DNA of 64,000 nucleotides from an uncultured cyanobacterium (GCA_963793425.1 CAWCAG010000009.1:832001-896000), one strand, 5' to 3'. Counted from the first letter of the stretch, positions 18,211 to 28,867 are shown. The notes: generated by a model not told the origin, from the sequence alone. A program made the numbers and translations.

Positions 18211-19776
18211 TTAATCCAAACTCCACCAAGCTAAAGCATAAGCTTGAGTTGCTTCATTAATTTGTTGAGTGTATTGAACGCGGATTTTGTAACGACCATT
18301 AGATGGGACTTTGCAAAAAATGTGTTCTATACTATCTACTCTACTTTTAGAAGCACAAACACTACTACTACTATCTTCGCTATCAAGAGGTAACAGGTAA
18401 ATATCAAGATTATTTAAACCGCGATCGCGAAAGTTTTCTCCTAAGTCGTAGAGTCCGTTTTCATTGTTATCCTCAAGTTCTACAAACCGATCCCAAGCTA
18501 AAGTGATAGCAGCAAAACTATCTTTTTGTAGAGGTTCCTGCAAAACATAATCTTGATAGGATTTTGTCTCAATTTGACTATAATTCCAACCCCGACTAGG
18601 AACAGGATTATCAGAATTCCACTGTCCTGAACTATATTGTTCATAGGCGCGAAAAGCATTGATTTGTCCTGTACCCATTTGTATATCTAGGGGGATTTGT
18701 TCATTTTGATAAGCATCTCCCTCTAACCAAGTACGATTATTTTTACTTTTGATGGTGCGAGTCATCCCTAAAGTATCTTGGATTTTATCAGCCGAATTGA
18801 GCAAAACTGCTTTCATAACTTCATGACGACGAGAATCTAAACTCCAGTTAGGCTGACGGGAAAACAGTTGGCGATCGCCGAATTCTTGTAACAAAGCGAT
18901 GGTTGCAGTGATATGAGGTGCAGCAAAACTAGTTCCTGTAACCGGGACTACTTTACCTTCAAGATCAAAAACCGAAATACCGCTACCAGGAGCAACTAAG
19001 TTAATGGCCCGACGTTCTCCCAAATTGATTTCCCTAGCAATCAAACGGCGACCAATACCTTCTGGTAAAGCACTGAGGTTAGCGAAGTCTACTTTATTAT
19101 ACTGACCGTTGCGCTGGGTTGTATAAGCGGTGGTAATGCCGTTGTATTGGTCTGTGGGAATGGGAATACCCCCACTACCTTGATTCCCCGCGATTACATA
19201 TAAAGTATCGTGAACCCTAGATGACCAATCTACACACAGAGTTAACAAAGCTTGTCCGTCTAAACTAGCTTCTTCCCTAGCATCTCGTCCCAAGGATTCC
19301 CCGAAACTATAATTAATTGCCCGTACATCCCCTCCATTTTGCATGGCGACGTGTTGACTAGAAAGGCATTCTTCAGGCTGTCCATTGTTGTTGAGAGGAC
19401 CAACTGCGGAGGCATAAAGTTTCGCATCAGGGGCAACTCCTCGCAATTTCTTACCCCCCCCTACCATCACCATAGCTACCATCGAGGCGTGTTCATCCAC
19501 ATTAGTATCAGATTTAGCCGGATTATCTCGATGATAAAGCCCTGCTAGGGACAAAGCAGGATTCCAAGCTACAGCTTTATCTAAACCAAATTTTCCTGGT
19601 CTACCAATTTCTACCTGACCAATACTAATTTTGCGTCCCGTTAAATTATAAGGTTCCCCATGTAATCTATGGGCATCAATTCCGTTTGCCCCTACGGAAG
19701 TATCTAATGCGAAGGCTGGGCTGATTAAACCTGAAATACCAAAACCACAAATTAACCACGCCAGTTTTTTGCTCAT
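18211..19776 (-). CDS. Secreted S8 (subtilisin-like) serine peptidase
   Basis: Signal peptide ending AFA; HASMVA (His), IAGNQG (oxyanion Asn), GTSFAAPH (Ser). Confidence 0.88.
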   Translation of the reverse strand: MSKKLAWLICGFGISGLISPAFALDTSVGANGIDAHRLHGEPYNLTGRKISIGQVEIGRPGKFGLDKAVAWNPALSLAGLYHRDNPAKSDTNVDEHASMVAMVMVGGGKKLRGVAPDAKLYASAVGPLNNNGQPEECLSSQHVAMQNGGDVRAINYSFGESLGRDAREEASLDGQALLTLCVDWSSRVHDTLYVIAGNQGSGGIPIPTDQYNGITTAYTTQRNGQYNKVDFANLSALPEGIGRRLIAREINLGERRAINLVAPGSGISVFDLEGKVVPVTGTSFAAPHITATIALLQEFGDRQLFSRQPNWSLDSRRHEVMKAVLLNSADKIQDTLGMTRTIKSKNNRTWLEGDAYQNEQIPLDIQMGTGQINAFRAYEQYSSGQWNSDNPVPSRGWNYSQIETKSYQDYVLQEPLQKDSFAAITLAWDRFVELEDNNENGLYDLGENFRDRGLNNLDIYLLPLDSEDSSSSVCASKSRVDSIEHIFCKVPSNGRYKIRVQYTQQINEATQAYALAWWSLD

Positions 19777-19870
19777 TTAACTTTTGCACTAGTTGCCATT
19801 TCTTCTTTATTTTATTGATTTATTGCTGGTTGGCAACCTCCTGGAGAATTTTGGGGAGACGGGGAAGTTA

Positions 19871-21549
19871 TTAACGATCATTGATCATTGATTGAGGTAA
19901 TTTACTTAAAACAATGTCCCTATTAATTAAAGCAAGGGAATGGGCCTCATTGAATTCTAAGGCTTTATTCAGGGCTTCTAGGGCAGCAGGATATTGACCT
20001 AAATAACGTAGGGCGATACCTTTGCCAGCCCAGAAATCGGCATTTTCTGGATCGATGGCGATCGCGCGATCATAATTCCCTAGGGCAGTGGAATATTGAC
20101 CGATGGCCATCAAAGAGATAGCTTTGTTGTACCAAGCTTCTGCCAATTGTGGGTCAAGGGTAAGGGCATTGTCCGCAGCTTGAATTGCTTCTCCATAACG
20201 TTCTAAACGCCAGAGGAGACTGCTTTTATTAACCCAAATATTAGCAATAATCGGTCGGTTATCAAGATTTTCATTTCCCTGCAAACCCCTATTATAAGAG
20301 GCAAAAGCAGCATCATACTCCCCTAATGTGGTATGAATTCTCCCTAAGTTATACCAGCCTGTAGGGTCGTTGCCATCGCTTTGGGTTGCTTTTTGGGCCG
20401 CAATCGGGCCTGATCGAATCTCCCTAAACGCCAAAGTGCTGCCGCTCGGTTACTCCAAGCTTCTGCATAGTTATCATCCAGGGCAACAGCGCGATTGCTA
20501 GAGGTAACGGCTTCTTGGAAAGAACCACTACCAATTAAAGCATAAGCCCGTTGATTCCAACCTAAAGCAGGACCAAACTCGTTCCACTGCCCATCCCCTT
20601 CTTGGAGGGCAAGATCGCAAGCTTCCAGGGCTTCTTCATACATTCGCAAACGGTTGAGGACAGCGCATTTGTTCGCTAGGGCAAGGGAGTACTTTTCATT
20701 AATCCCCAACGCCCAGTCGTGGGAAGCTTGGGCTTCTTCATAACGGGCGAGGGTGAAGAGAATTTCTCCATGTTCTGTCCAATTACGGGCATTCTCTGAA
20801 TCGATTGCCAGGGCTTGATCGTAGGCAAAAAGGGCTTCGTCTCGGCGTTGAAGTTTGGCAAGTACCCTACCCTTATTAGCCCAGGCAACAGCTTGACTTT
20901 GTAGGTCGGGGTTAGGTTCAATGCTTAAGGCGCGATCACAAGCTTCTAAGGCACGATAATTATCTCCCAATTCTGCTAAAACTTCGCAGCGATTAGCCCA
21001 AGCTAAGGCATAGTTTTCGTTGATAGTTGTAGCTTGATCATAGGAAAAAAGTGCATCTTCTCTTTCTCCTGTCCTCCTCCTGGCTATACCTAAATAGGTT
21101 AGTGCGATCGCCGGAGATTCATCTTCCCAGTTTTGGTCTTTTTTTAAAGCTGTTTCGCAAGCATCAATAGCTTCTTCTTGCCTCCCTAATTCTGATAATG
21201 CTAAACACTGTCTGGCCCAAATTAGGGAATTATTGGGGTCAAGTTTTAATACTTGGCTGTAAGAAGCTACGGTTTCCGGGTAGTTTTTTAAAGTAAGATA
21301 GATATCGCCTCGATCTGTCCAAACAATTGAGTCTTTGGCATTAATTGTAATTGCTGTATTGCAAGCTTTGATCGCTTCTTCATATTCTTCTACTTCAGAC
21401 AAAGAACTACACAAGTTCGCCCAATAATCAAAGTCTTCTAATTGCAAATTCTCTTCCTGAGCAAAAGAAGCTGAGGGGAAGTAATAAGTAATAAGTAATA
21501 AGTAATAAGTAAGTAAAAAAGGTTTAGTAAAATAATTAAGAATTTTCAT
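19871..21549 (-). pseudogene. Secreted TPR-repeat protein split by a 1-nt frameshift near 20405
   Basis: ORFs 20344-21549 and 19871-20434 are both TPR arrays; adding one base after gat-cag-gcc restores an exact 34-aa TPR. Confidence 0.8.
21481..21515. repeat. Heptamer tandem repeat (GTAATAA)n inside the TPR signal-peptide region
   Basis: gtaataa x4 then gtaagta; encodes LLTYYLLLITYY on the minus strand. Confidence 0.85.
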
Positions 21550-21618
21550 TATAAATCATCAATTTAGTCTGCAAAAACAACAAAACCGTACAATTAGCAA
21601 TTAGCCACTAGCTACTAG

Positions 21619-22995
21619 CTATTCAACACATCTCTTTTGCTGACCATCTGGCATAATAGCATCACATAAATAAGCACTTTTTAAATTAGCCCCTTCTAAA
21701 TTAGCTTTCCAAAGATTAGCACCTCCTAAATTAGCATTTTCTAGATTCGCTCCTGCTAAATTTGCCTCCTCTAAATCAGCATTAAAAAGATTAGCTCTAA
21801 AGAAATTTGCACCACTTAAATTAGCTCTTTCAATACTTGCACCACTTAATCTAGCTTCTTGCAAATTAGCATTACTTAAATTCGTATCATCCAAATTAAC
21901 AGCGCCTAAATCTTGTCCCGGCACACCTTTAGTCACAATCAACCAAGCTAAACGCCACTTCTCATCTAACTTAGTTTCTTGATTAAATTTAGCTTCCCGC
22001 AAATCGGTATTACTAAGGTTAGCTCCTGTCAAGTTAGCATTCCTCAAATCCGCATTACTCAAGTTAGCATTACTCAAATTAGTATTACTTAAATCCGAAA
22101 AAGCTAACTGAGCATTAGTTAAATTTGCTCCTTGTAAATTAACTCCGCGCAAGTTAGTTAAAAAGAAATAAGCTTCGGTTAAATTTGCTCCTTGCAAATC
22201 AACTCCAGCTAAGTTCAAACCTTCAAGATTCGCCCCTTGTAAATCAGCGTTAGTTAAATCCGCACCCCCCAACTGATTATTAGCTAACTGCCAAATAAAT
22301 CGCCACTGCTCAGCAATAACTGTTTCCTCATTGAGTACAGCTTTTCTCAAGTCAGTACGGGCTAAATTAGCCCCTTCTAAGTTAGCATTGCGTAAGTCCG
22401 AAGCGAACAAACTTGCCCCTTCTAAGTTAGCATTTCGTAAATTTGCCCTTTGCAAATTTGCTCCCTTAAATTTAGCCCCTTGTAAATCAGCATTCTCTAA
22501 GATTGCAGCCTGTAAATTAGCACTTTCTAAATCAGCATCTTTCAACATCGCCCTACTAAGATCCGCCGCCACTAAACTAGCATCTTGGAGGTTAGTTTCT
22601 TCTAAGTTGGCATCTTGTAAATTAGCACCTTCTAAATCAGCACGAAAAAAATTAGCCATTGCCAATTTAGCTGTTCTTAAATTAGCCTGTTGTAAATTAG
22701 CTCCAGCTACCTTAGCTTGACGGATATCTGCGTTACTAGAATCAGCAAACTTCAAATTAGCCCCATCTAATTTAGCTGCTTTCAAATCAGCATTATGAAG
22801 ATTAGCCCCTTCCAAGTTAGCCGCCCGAATATTCGCCCCTCCTAAACGGGCTGCATCTAAGTCACACTCAATACATTCTCCTTGTTCTAGCAACTGTTCT
22901 ACGTGCTGGTTATTAGCTGCTTGTAAAGGTTCAACGATGTAGAATAAAGCAATTAAACTAAAGGCTAATTTCTGAAGATAATTAAAGGCATTCAT
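21619..22995 (-). CDS. Secreted pentapeptide-repeat protein
   Basis: Signal peptide, HV.QLL...EC..CDL cap, long A(D/N)Lxx arrays, ends AIMPDG. Confidence 0.95.
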   Translation of the reverse strand: MNAFNYLQKLAFSLIALFYIVEPLQAANNQHVEQLLEQGECIECDLDAARLGGANIRAANLEGANLHNADLKAAKLDGANLKFADSSNADIRQAKVAGANLQQANLRTAKLAMANFFRADLEGANLQDANLEETNLQDASLVAADLSRAMLKDADLESANLQAAILENADLQGAKFKGANLQRANLRNANLEGASLFASDLRNANLEGANLARTDLRKAVLNEETVIAEQWRFIWQLANNQLGGADLTNADLQGANLEGLNLAGVDLQGANLTEAYFFLTNLRGVNLQGANLTNAQLAFSDLSNTNLSNANLSNADLRNANLTGANLSNTDLREAKFNQETKLDEKWRLAWLIVTKGVPGQDLGAVNLDDTNLSNANLQEARLSGASIERANLSGANFFRANLFNADLEEANLAGANLENANLGGANLWKANLEGANLKSAYLCDAIMPDGQQKRCVE

Positions 22996-23075
22996 CTTAC
23001 TAAAAAATGGGTTCTTGTAGCGAAAGTATAACCCAAAATTTGAAGCTTAATTAAACTGCAATCAGCAACGATAAA

Positions 23076-23150
23076 CTGTCAGGCATTTAATTTAATTGTT
23101 GGGATTGACACCGGCGACGGAGTGACGGAGTGACGGAGTGACGGGGAGAT
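23076..23150 (+). repeat. Dispersed ~28-bp repeat (copy at 57152-57180) followed by octamer tandem GACGGAGT
   Basis: ctgtcaggcatttaatttaattgttggg vs ctgtcaggcatttaatttacttgttagg; then gacggagt x3. Confidence 0.75.
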
Positions 23151-23202
23151 AGGGAAGTGACAAGTTAAAATACTGTTCCCCATTCCCTTTCACAATTAGC
23201 AA

Positions 23203-23454
23203 CTAGCCATTAGCCATCACTAACATAGAATCAGCAGAACGGACTATCATTTTACCTTGGTTTAAAGCATCGCGCCAGCGACGACCCACATTCCAAGCAT
23301 GAATTTTTGAGACGTTCCAACGGGGATTAGCTGGATAGCGGGCAAAGCCTGATCTTAAGGCAGCATGACTACTACTGGGTATAGGGGTTTTAACATATAC
23401 ACCTTCTGCCAAATCAACTATTGCTAAGTTGCTCTGTTTGGTTACTACTGACAT
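23203..23454 (-). CDS. Small hypothetical cyanobacterial protein
   Basis: 83-aa ATG ORF with ALRSGF.RYP.NPRW...K..AW..GR.WR pattern. Confidence 0.65.
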   Translation of the reverse strand: MSVVTKQSNLAIVDLAEGVYVKTPIPSSSHAALRSGFARYPANPRWNVSKIHAWNVGRRWRDALNQGKMIVRSADSMLVMANG

Positions 23455-23591
23455 CGGTTCTACCCCTATTTTGTTACATATTGGACAGTTTTTTTGCGAA
23501 TCTATTGTTTAACATCGTCCTCATTATATTACAAATTATTACTTTCAGTAGATGGATTTTCCGGAATGTTATATAAATCCGGCGAGAGAAT

Positions 23592-23620
23592 AAAAAAAGA
23601 TGCAGCATAAACTACATCTT
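23592..23620 (-). terminator. Rho-independent terminator after 23646-24062
   Basis: Minus strand AAGATGTAG-TTTATG-CTGCATCTT followed by T run. Confidence 0.7.
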
Positions 23621-23645
23621 GAAAAAATTTAAAGTAAACCAGCAA

Positions 23646-24062
23646 CTACTTTTTCAGATCGCGGGCCATATTGCGAAACAGATCCATACTAGTATCAGTA
23701 CGACGACGCTTTGAGCTAGAGTCGTCCTTGGCAATAAATTTCTTTGTCTCTGGTGTGGTTTTGGGTTGAGAATTACTAGAACCGTTGCTCGTGGTTTTTT
23801 CCAAAGAAGAAACTTGCTGTATAAACTCAGCCCCTTTTTCACTACCCAAAGTTTTAGGAAAAGTTCTCCTCACCGTAGAGGCAGTACGCATATAATCAAT
23901 ATTGCCTAAAGTTTTCGCATCATCATCATTAAGAAAGTAAGCTTGAGAATTCTGTTTTTGCTTCTTGGCGTTTTTCGCTTTGGGAGTTGTTTGCTTGGTT
24001 TCTCCTTCTTCCCCTGGTAAGGGTGGCTTTTTACTAAACAAACCTTTAATAAATCCAGTCAT
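23646..24062 (-). CDS. Conserved cyanobacterial hypothetical protein
   Basis: AYFL..DDAKTLGNIDYMR....RRTFPKT and RRR.D.SMD.FRNMAR pattern. Confidence 0.75.
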   Translation of the reverse strand: MTGFIKGLFSKKPPLPGEEGETKQTTPKAKNAKKQKQNSQAYFLNDDDAKTLGNIDYMRTASTVRRTFPKTLGSEKGAEFIQQVSSLEKTTSNGSSNSQPKTTPETKKFIAKDDSSSKRRRTDTSMDLFRNMARDLKK

Positions 24063-24143
24063 GATCTTTTCTGCTTCAACTTAATGTTTCTTTACATTAA
24101 ATTAAATATTAGCAAAGATTATGAGATAAATAATAACTGATTT

Positions 24144-24860
24144 CTAGATAACTTCTAAATCCAACTCAGCTAGATGTTCATAGCCATCCTCGATGCAACT
24201 ATTACCTCGTAAAAAACCTGTATTAGCCCCAGGACAGATATAGGCAAGAGTTTGGGGTGAGAAGCGATCGCGCAGCTTTTGGACGTTGCGTAGTTGTCTA
24301 GGCCAGTGAAAAGTCTTTGGAGTATGCAAGGGCGAAAGTTGACCTTGAGTATTAGGTAAAAGATGACGACCAGAGAACAAAACCCCTCCTAGAGCGTTAT
24401 AGTACAAACAGGAAGAACCAGGAGTATAGCCAGGAGTCCACAGAGCAAGGAAATTGGGGGCAAAAACGTATTCATCTTGAAATGAAGTTACTTCAACCTC
24501 CGGTAACAAATAGGCTTCTTGTTCTTGAATAATTACCTCACAGTGGAAAAATGCTTGAATCTCTGGCACTTTAGCCATACCATTGCGGTGAGTGACAAAA
24601 AGCCAGCGAACCCCTCCTTTGTTTTGCACAAATTCTTGGTTTATGGAATTCCAAGGGGGACAATCCAGCAGAATATTGCCTAACTTTTCTACAATGAAAT
24701 AAGATGTTGCTCCTAGGGTATCCCGATTGGGAGGAAAAGCAAAAATTCCTGGTTTAACAAGACGAGGTGCTTTCGCTGTTTTGGTTGGATGCTGAGAAAT
24801 CTGAGGAGGTTGAGATGTGGGTTCTTCTGAAGAAGATGTTGGCATTTTGTATACGTCCAT
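24144..24860 (-). CDS. MBL-fold metallo-hydrolase-like protein with degenerate metal motif
   Basis: FAFPPNRDTLG.TSY, ILLDCP, WLFVTHR, QEQEAYLLP, WTPGYTPGSSCL. Confidence 0.8.
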   Translation of the reverse strand: MDVYKMPTSSSEEPTSQPPQISQHPTKTAKAPRLVKPGIFAFPPNRDTLGATSYFIVEKLGNILLDCPPWNSINQEFVQNKGGVRWLFVTHRNGMAKVPEIQAFFHCEVIIQEQEAYLLPEVEVTSFQDEYVFAPNFLALWTPGYTPGSSCLYYNALGGVLFSGRHLLPNTQGQLSPLHTPKTFHWPRQLRNVQKLRDRFSPQTLAYICPGANTGFLRGNSCIEDGYEHLAELDLEVI

Positions 24861-24931
24861 AATCAGTTTATTTTAGCTTTTGACCAAGAAATTCGTTAGG
24901 GAAAACCGATGACCAATAACTGCTTTTTTAT

Positions 24932-26425
24932 ATGGAACTGTTGCTTCTAGTCTTACTAGGCTTAATTACTTACTTAATCGTCCAACGCAGTGTTGCTAGC
25001 ATCACCAAAACCCCCGTGTGGATTTTGTGGTTGGTGATGATGACACCAGCTTTAATTTGGACTGTGTGGACAGTCTTAGTGGATAGCGAAGCAATACCTG
25101 TGCCTTTAATGGTAATTCCTTTTGTGGTTTGCCCTATCTTGTATTGGCTATTAATTCAGTGGGGAAGGCCGAAACTAGAAAAAGCCGAGAAAGAAACTAC
25201 TTCAGAGTCTGAGGAAGAAAAATCACCTGAAGAAAATTCTCCAGAAGATTTGCCAAGTAAGGTTCGCCCCATCACCCAAAACGAAGAAAAGCAGTTACGC
25301 AATTGCTTTCCTTGGAGTATTTACTACCTACAAAATCTAGATTATCGCCCCCAAGCAATTCTTTGTTTAGGTAAGCTGCGTTCTAATCCTGATGTTGCTT
25401 ATAAAACTGTCAAAGAAAACGTTGAAGAAAAATTCGGCGATCGCTTCTTACTAATTTTTCAAGAAGGCTTAAAAAATCAGCCCTTTTTTGCCTTAGTCCC
25501 TAATCCTTGGTCTAAATCAACTCCTAGTAAGCTTGCCCAGGAACCTCTGAAACGACCGGGTTTGGCTTTGGGGTTACTAATTGTTACTCTTTTTACTACC
25601 ACCACTGTTGGTATCAGTTTGGTAGGTAAAAATATCGAAGATGTAGCTATAGATTCTTCTACTTTATGGCTCGGATTCACCTATAGTTTGGCCTTGATAT
25701 TTATCCTCAGCATCCACGAAATAGCTCACTATTTTGCGGCACTGCGCTATAAAATTCGCACCACCTTACCTTACTTTATCCCCATGCCCGTCTTTTTGGG
25801 GACTTTTGGTGCTTTTACTCAAAGACGTTCACCAATTCCCCATCGCAAAGCCCTATTTGATGTCGCGATTATTGGGCCTTTGGTGGGTTTTCTGGTTACT
25901 TTACCGATCTTAATTGGGGGGCTATCTCTTTCGGAAGTTGTTCCCTTAACAGAAGAGTCAGGGATTTTGAACTATGAGTCCCTCAATCCTCGTAAATCTT
26001 TCTTATTAGCTGTTTTGAGTAAACTTTGTCTCGGCAGTGAATTGAGTGCAAATATGGCTATTCATCTCCATCCTTTAGCAGTAGCAGGTTGTTTAGGGTT
26101 AGTAGTCACCGCCATAAATCTACTCCCCATTGGGCAACTAGATGGGGGGCAAATGGTTCATGCTATGTTTGGTCAGCGTACCGCTGCATTTATCGGACAA
26201 GTAACTAGATTACTGTTATTACTTTTAGCCTGGGCGGATGCGAAGCGAGATTTATTGATTGTTGCCATTGTCTTGTTGTTTCTGCCCCTCACCGACGAAC
26301 CAGCCCTCAATGATGTCACAGATTTGGATAGTCGTCGAGATTTTCTAGGGCTATTTTCTTTAGCAATTTTATGTACAATTCTTTTACCTTTACCGGGGGC
26401 TGTTGCTGGTTGGTTGGGAATTTAG
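24932..26425 (+). CDS. Site-2 (M50) intramembrane metalloprotease
   Basis: HEIAH zinc motif, PYFIP, GTFGA, NLLPIGQLDGG. Confidence 0.93.
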   Translation: MELLLLVLLGLITYLIVQRSVASITKTPVWILWLVMMTPALIWTVWTVLVDSEAIPVPLMVIPFVVCPILYWLLIQWGRPKLEKAEKETTSESEEEKSPEENSPEDLPSKVRPITQNEEKQLRNCFPWSIYYLQNLDYRPQAILCLGKLRSNPDVAYKTVKENVEEKFGDRFLLIFQEGLKNQPFFALVPNPWSKSTPSKLAQEPLKRPGLALGLLIVTLFTTTTVGISLVGKNIEDVAIDSSTLWLGFTYSLALIFILSIHEIAHYFAALRYKIRTTLPYFIPMPVFLGTFGAFTQRRSPIPHRKALFDVAIIGPLVGFLVTLPILIGGLSLSEVVPLTEESGILNYESLNPRKSFLLAVLSKLCLGSELSANMAIHLHPLAVAGCLGLVVTAINLLPIGQLDGGQMVHAMFGQRTAAFIGQVTRLLLLLLAWADAKRDLLIVAIVLLFLPLTDEPALNDVTDLDSRRDFLGLFSLAILCTILLPLPGAVAGWLGI

Positions 26426-26514
26426 TAACTTAATTCTTGAGAAGCTTTTTGGTCTATAATTCTGTTGCGATCGCCGTATTTATATTTACTAGCGTGAACC
26501 AGCTAAAATTGTGT

Positions 26515-26576
26515 GTTAGGGCAGGTTTATTTAGTTTCATGTTAATCTCCCAATTTGACTCCAAACCTGCCCCTAC
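26515..26576. repeat. REP-like GTAG-family inverted repeat
   Basis: gttagggcaggttt ... aaacctgcccctac (reverse complement gtaggggcaggttt). Confidence 0.7.
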
Positions 26577-26622
26577 TATTGCCATATTTTAGGCGTATTA
26601 TGCCATTACTGATAATCAATTG

Positions 26623-27354
26623 ATGACTAATCTTAGCGTTAATCTTAACAAAGTTGCCTTACTAAGAAATACCCGTAATATTGGTATACCTAGTGTTACT
26701 AAAGCTGCTGCAATTTGTATTGAAGCTGGGGCAAAAGGTATTACTGTTCATCCCCGTCCTGATGAAAGGCATATTCGGGTAACAGATGTTTATGAATTAG
26801 CAGAAATGGTAGAGGTGGAATTTAATATTGAAGGGAATCCTTTTGAGTCTCCTTTTATGGAAATTGTCCGAGATATTAAGCCTACTCAATGTACTCTCGT
26901 ACCCGATTCTCCAGATACTTTCACTTCAGATTGTGGTTGGGATTTAACCAAAGATTCTCAAAAACTAATACCGATTATTAAACAGTTAAAACAACTTGGC
27001 ATCCGCGTCAGCTTATTTATGGATGCAGATATTAATTTAATTGAATTAGTTCCTGAAACCGGTGCAGATCGCATTGAACTTTATACAGAACCCTATGCTA
27101 CTGCTTTCCGTAAAGGTGATAACTTAGAAACAATATTTCAACAGTATGCTACAGCAGCAAGTAAAGCTCAAGAGTTAGGTTTAGGAGTTAATGCTGGTCA
27201 TGATTTGAATTTACAAAATTTAAGTAAGTTTTGCTCAATTCCTAATATTTTAGAAGTTTCTATTGGTCATGCTTTGACAGCAGAAGCTTTGGAGATGGGT
27301 TTGTTTAATACAATTCAAGAATATCTCAAGATTTTATCCTTTGTACCTCACTAG
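26623..27354 (+). CDS. pdxJ: Pyridoxine 5'-phosphate synthase
   Basis: GITVHPRPDERHIR, EFNIEG, QCTLVPD, RIELYTE, NAGHDL, EVSIGHAL. Confidence 0.95.
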   Translation: MTNLSVNLNKVALLRNTRNIGIPSVTKAAAICIEAGAKGITVHPRPDERHIRVTDVYELAEMVEVEFNIEGNPFESPFMEIVRDIKPTQCTLVPDSPDTFTSDCGWDLTKDSQKLIPIIKQLKQLGIRVSLFMDADINLIELVPETGADRIELYTEPYATAFRKGDNLETIFQQYATAASKAQELGLGVNAGHDLNLQNLSKFCSIPNILEVSIGHALTAEALEMGLFNTIQEYLKILSFVPH

Positions 27355-27532
27355 ACTAGGAAATGCGGCGTTGCATCAATGCGGAAGGATAAATTTATAG
27401 CTAAGTATTACAGAGATTTTATATGAAGCGATCACGCTAATCAGGAAAGCCTTTAATTGAAGCATTTTCCCAGCAAATCGAAGAGATTAAGCAACATAGT
27501 TGAAGTGATTTTTTATCTCTTTTTGCTAATCT

Positions 27533-28867
27533 TTACAAATGGTAAGTTTTTTCAAAGTGGGTGCTAAGTTTATTTAAGCTTGCGGCTGTAGCAATGGCTA
27601 AGAAAGCTAAGGTAATGATTCCTAATTGAAATTGGTTATTATCAACAATAATAGCTGCTCCAGCTAATAAAATAGCCACAGCAATTAGTATTTGTTTTAA
27701 CTTTAAACTATTCTGATAAGCTTGGTTACAAGAATGACAGATTTGCGTATGGCGAGACAAGCGATCTGTTGCCATTGGTTCGCCATTTCCCTTGGCTTTC
27801 TTCGTAGTAGTATAGCCTTGGCAATAAGGCAACTCTTGAGCATATTTATCAAGCCATTTACGATACTCCAGAACAAAAGTATCAGAAGTTTTTAATGGAA
27901 GAAAGGCTTCTTTAAGAGTCTTACCGGAACTTTCTATATATCGCTGCTGCCCGACAATTAAAGCTAAATCTTCTTCAATCAGTTTATTCTGTCTGAGATG
28001 TTCCAACCAACGAGGTTTAAGCTTAAAAGAGCGTTTAAAAAAGTTGCCGTATCTCCTAATTAAAACACGAGATTTTCCTTTACCCAAAGGCAAAGCGTAG
28101 AGATAAAATCCTCCTATTACACCAAAAGCGGGATTACCAAATTTGTAGGCAACTAAATGAGGGGCAACAAAATCAGCAGTAGCCCAAGCCGTTTTTCCTT
28201 GCTTCATACCTCGATACCTACCTTGGAAACCTTGGGCAGAAACATTAAAAGTTTCCATTTCTAAAGGTTGAGCATTTTCTCTGAAAGTGTTAAGTTCAGT
28301 ACGATCATGACTGATGAAAATGTGTGCCGGATCTAAGAAGTTTTCTACTAAATAATCTTGGTCGTAGGGTAAATTAATAACTGTATCAACGACGAATAAG
28401 TTTTGCCCTTCTCTATCTAATTCTGGGGCGAAAGATAGTTCTTTCATCGCTTCTTTCTTGCCTAACCAAACCCAAATAATACCTTGACTTTCTCTTACTG
28501 GATAGGATTTTAAACAGGCTGTTTTCGGAATGGGATTCTCTGGCGGTAATTGAGGAATATGTAAGCACTTTCCCTCTTCCCCAAATTGCCAGCCATGATA
28601 AAGACATTCCAACTTACCAGCAATTATTTGTCCATCAGAAAGTTTAGCCCCACGATGAGGACAAATATCGGAAACGCAAATTAACTCGCCATGATGATCG
28701 CGAAAAATAACTAAAGGTTCATCGTAAATAGAAAAGCCGTAAGGACGATTTTCAGGTAAATCTTGGCAGAAGGTAATTGGATACCAACAATCTTGCCAAG
28801 AAAATTTGGTTTCTGTTACGGATGAGCTGGTAGTTGCTTGGGATAATTCTGAGGTAGAAATAGACAT
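27533..28867 (-). CDS. Rieske non-heme iron oxygenase, pheophorbide a oxygenase (PaO) family
   Basis: CPHRG...CLYHGW Rieske motif, ENFLDPAH...H iron site, RHTQIC..C, C-terminal TMs. Confidence 0.9.
   Translation of the reverse strand: MSISTSELSQATTSSSVTETKFSWQDCWYPITFCQDLPENRPYGFSIYDEPLVIFRDHHGELICVSDICPHRGAKLSDGQIIAGKLECLYHGWQFGEEGKCLHIPQLPPENPIPKTACLKSYPVRESQGIIWVWLGKKEAMKELSFAPELDREGQNLFVVDTVINLPYDQDYLVENFLDPAHIFISHDRTELNTFRENAQPLEMETFNVSAQGFQGRYRGMKQGKTAWATADFVAPHLVAYKFGNPAFGVIGGFYLYALPLGKGKSRVLIRRYGNFFKRSFKLKPRWLEHLRQNKLIEEDLALIVGQQRYIESSGKTLKEAFLPLKTSDTFVLEYRKWLDKYAQELPYCQGYTTTKKAKGNGEPMATDRLSRHTQICHSCNQAYQNSLKLKQILIAVAILLAGAAIIVDNNQFQLGIITLAFLAIATAASLNKLSTHFEKTYHL

Noticed and set aside
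20344..20434. Programmed frameshift in the TPR gene
   Set aside because: No slippery heptamer at the inferred shift point; a 1-nt loss explains it.
22331..22720. 129-aa plus-strand repetitive ORF
   Set aside because: Antisense shadow of the pentapeptide repeats.
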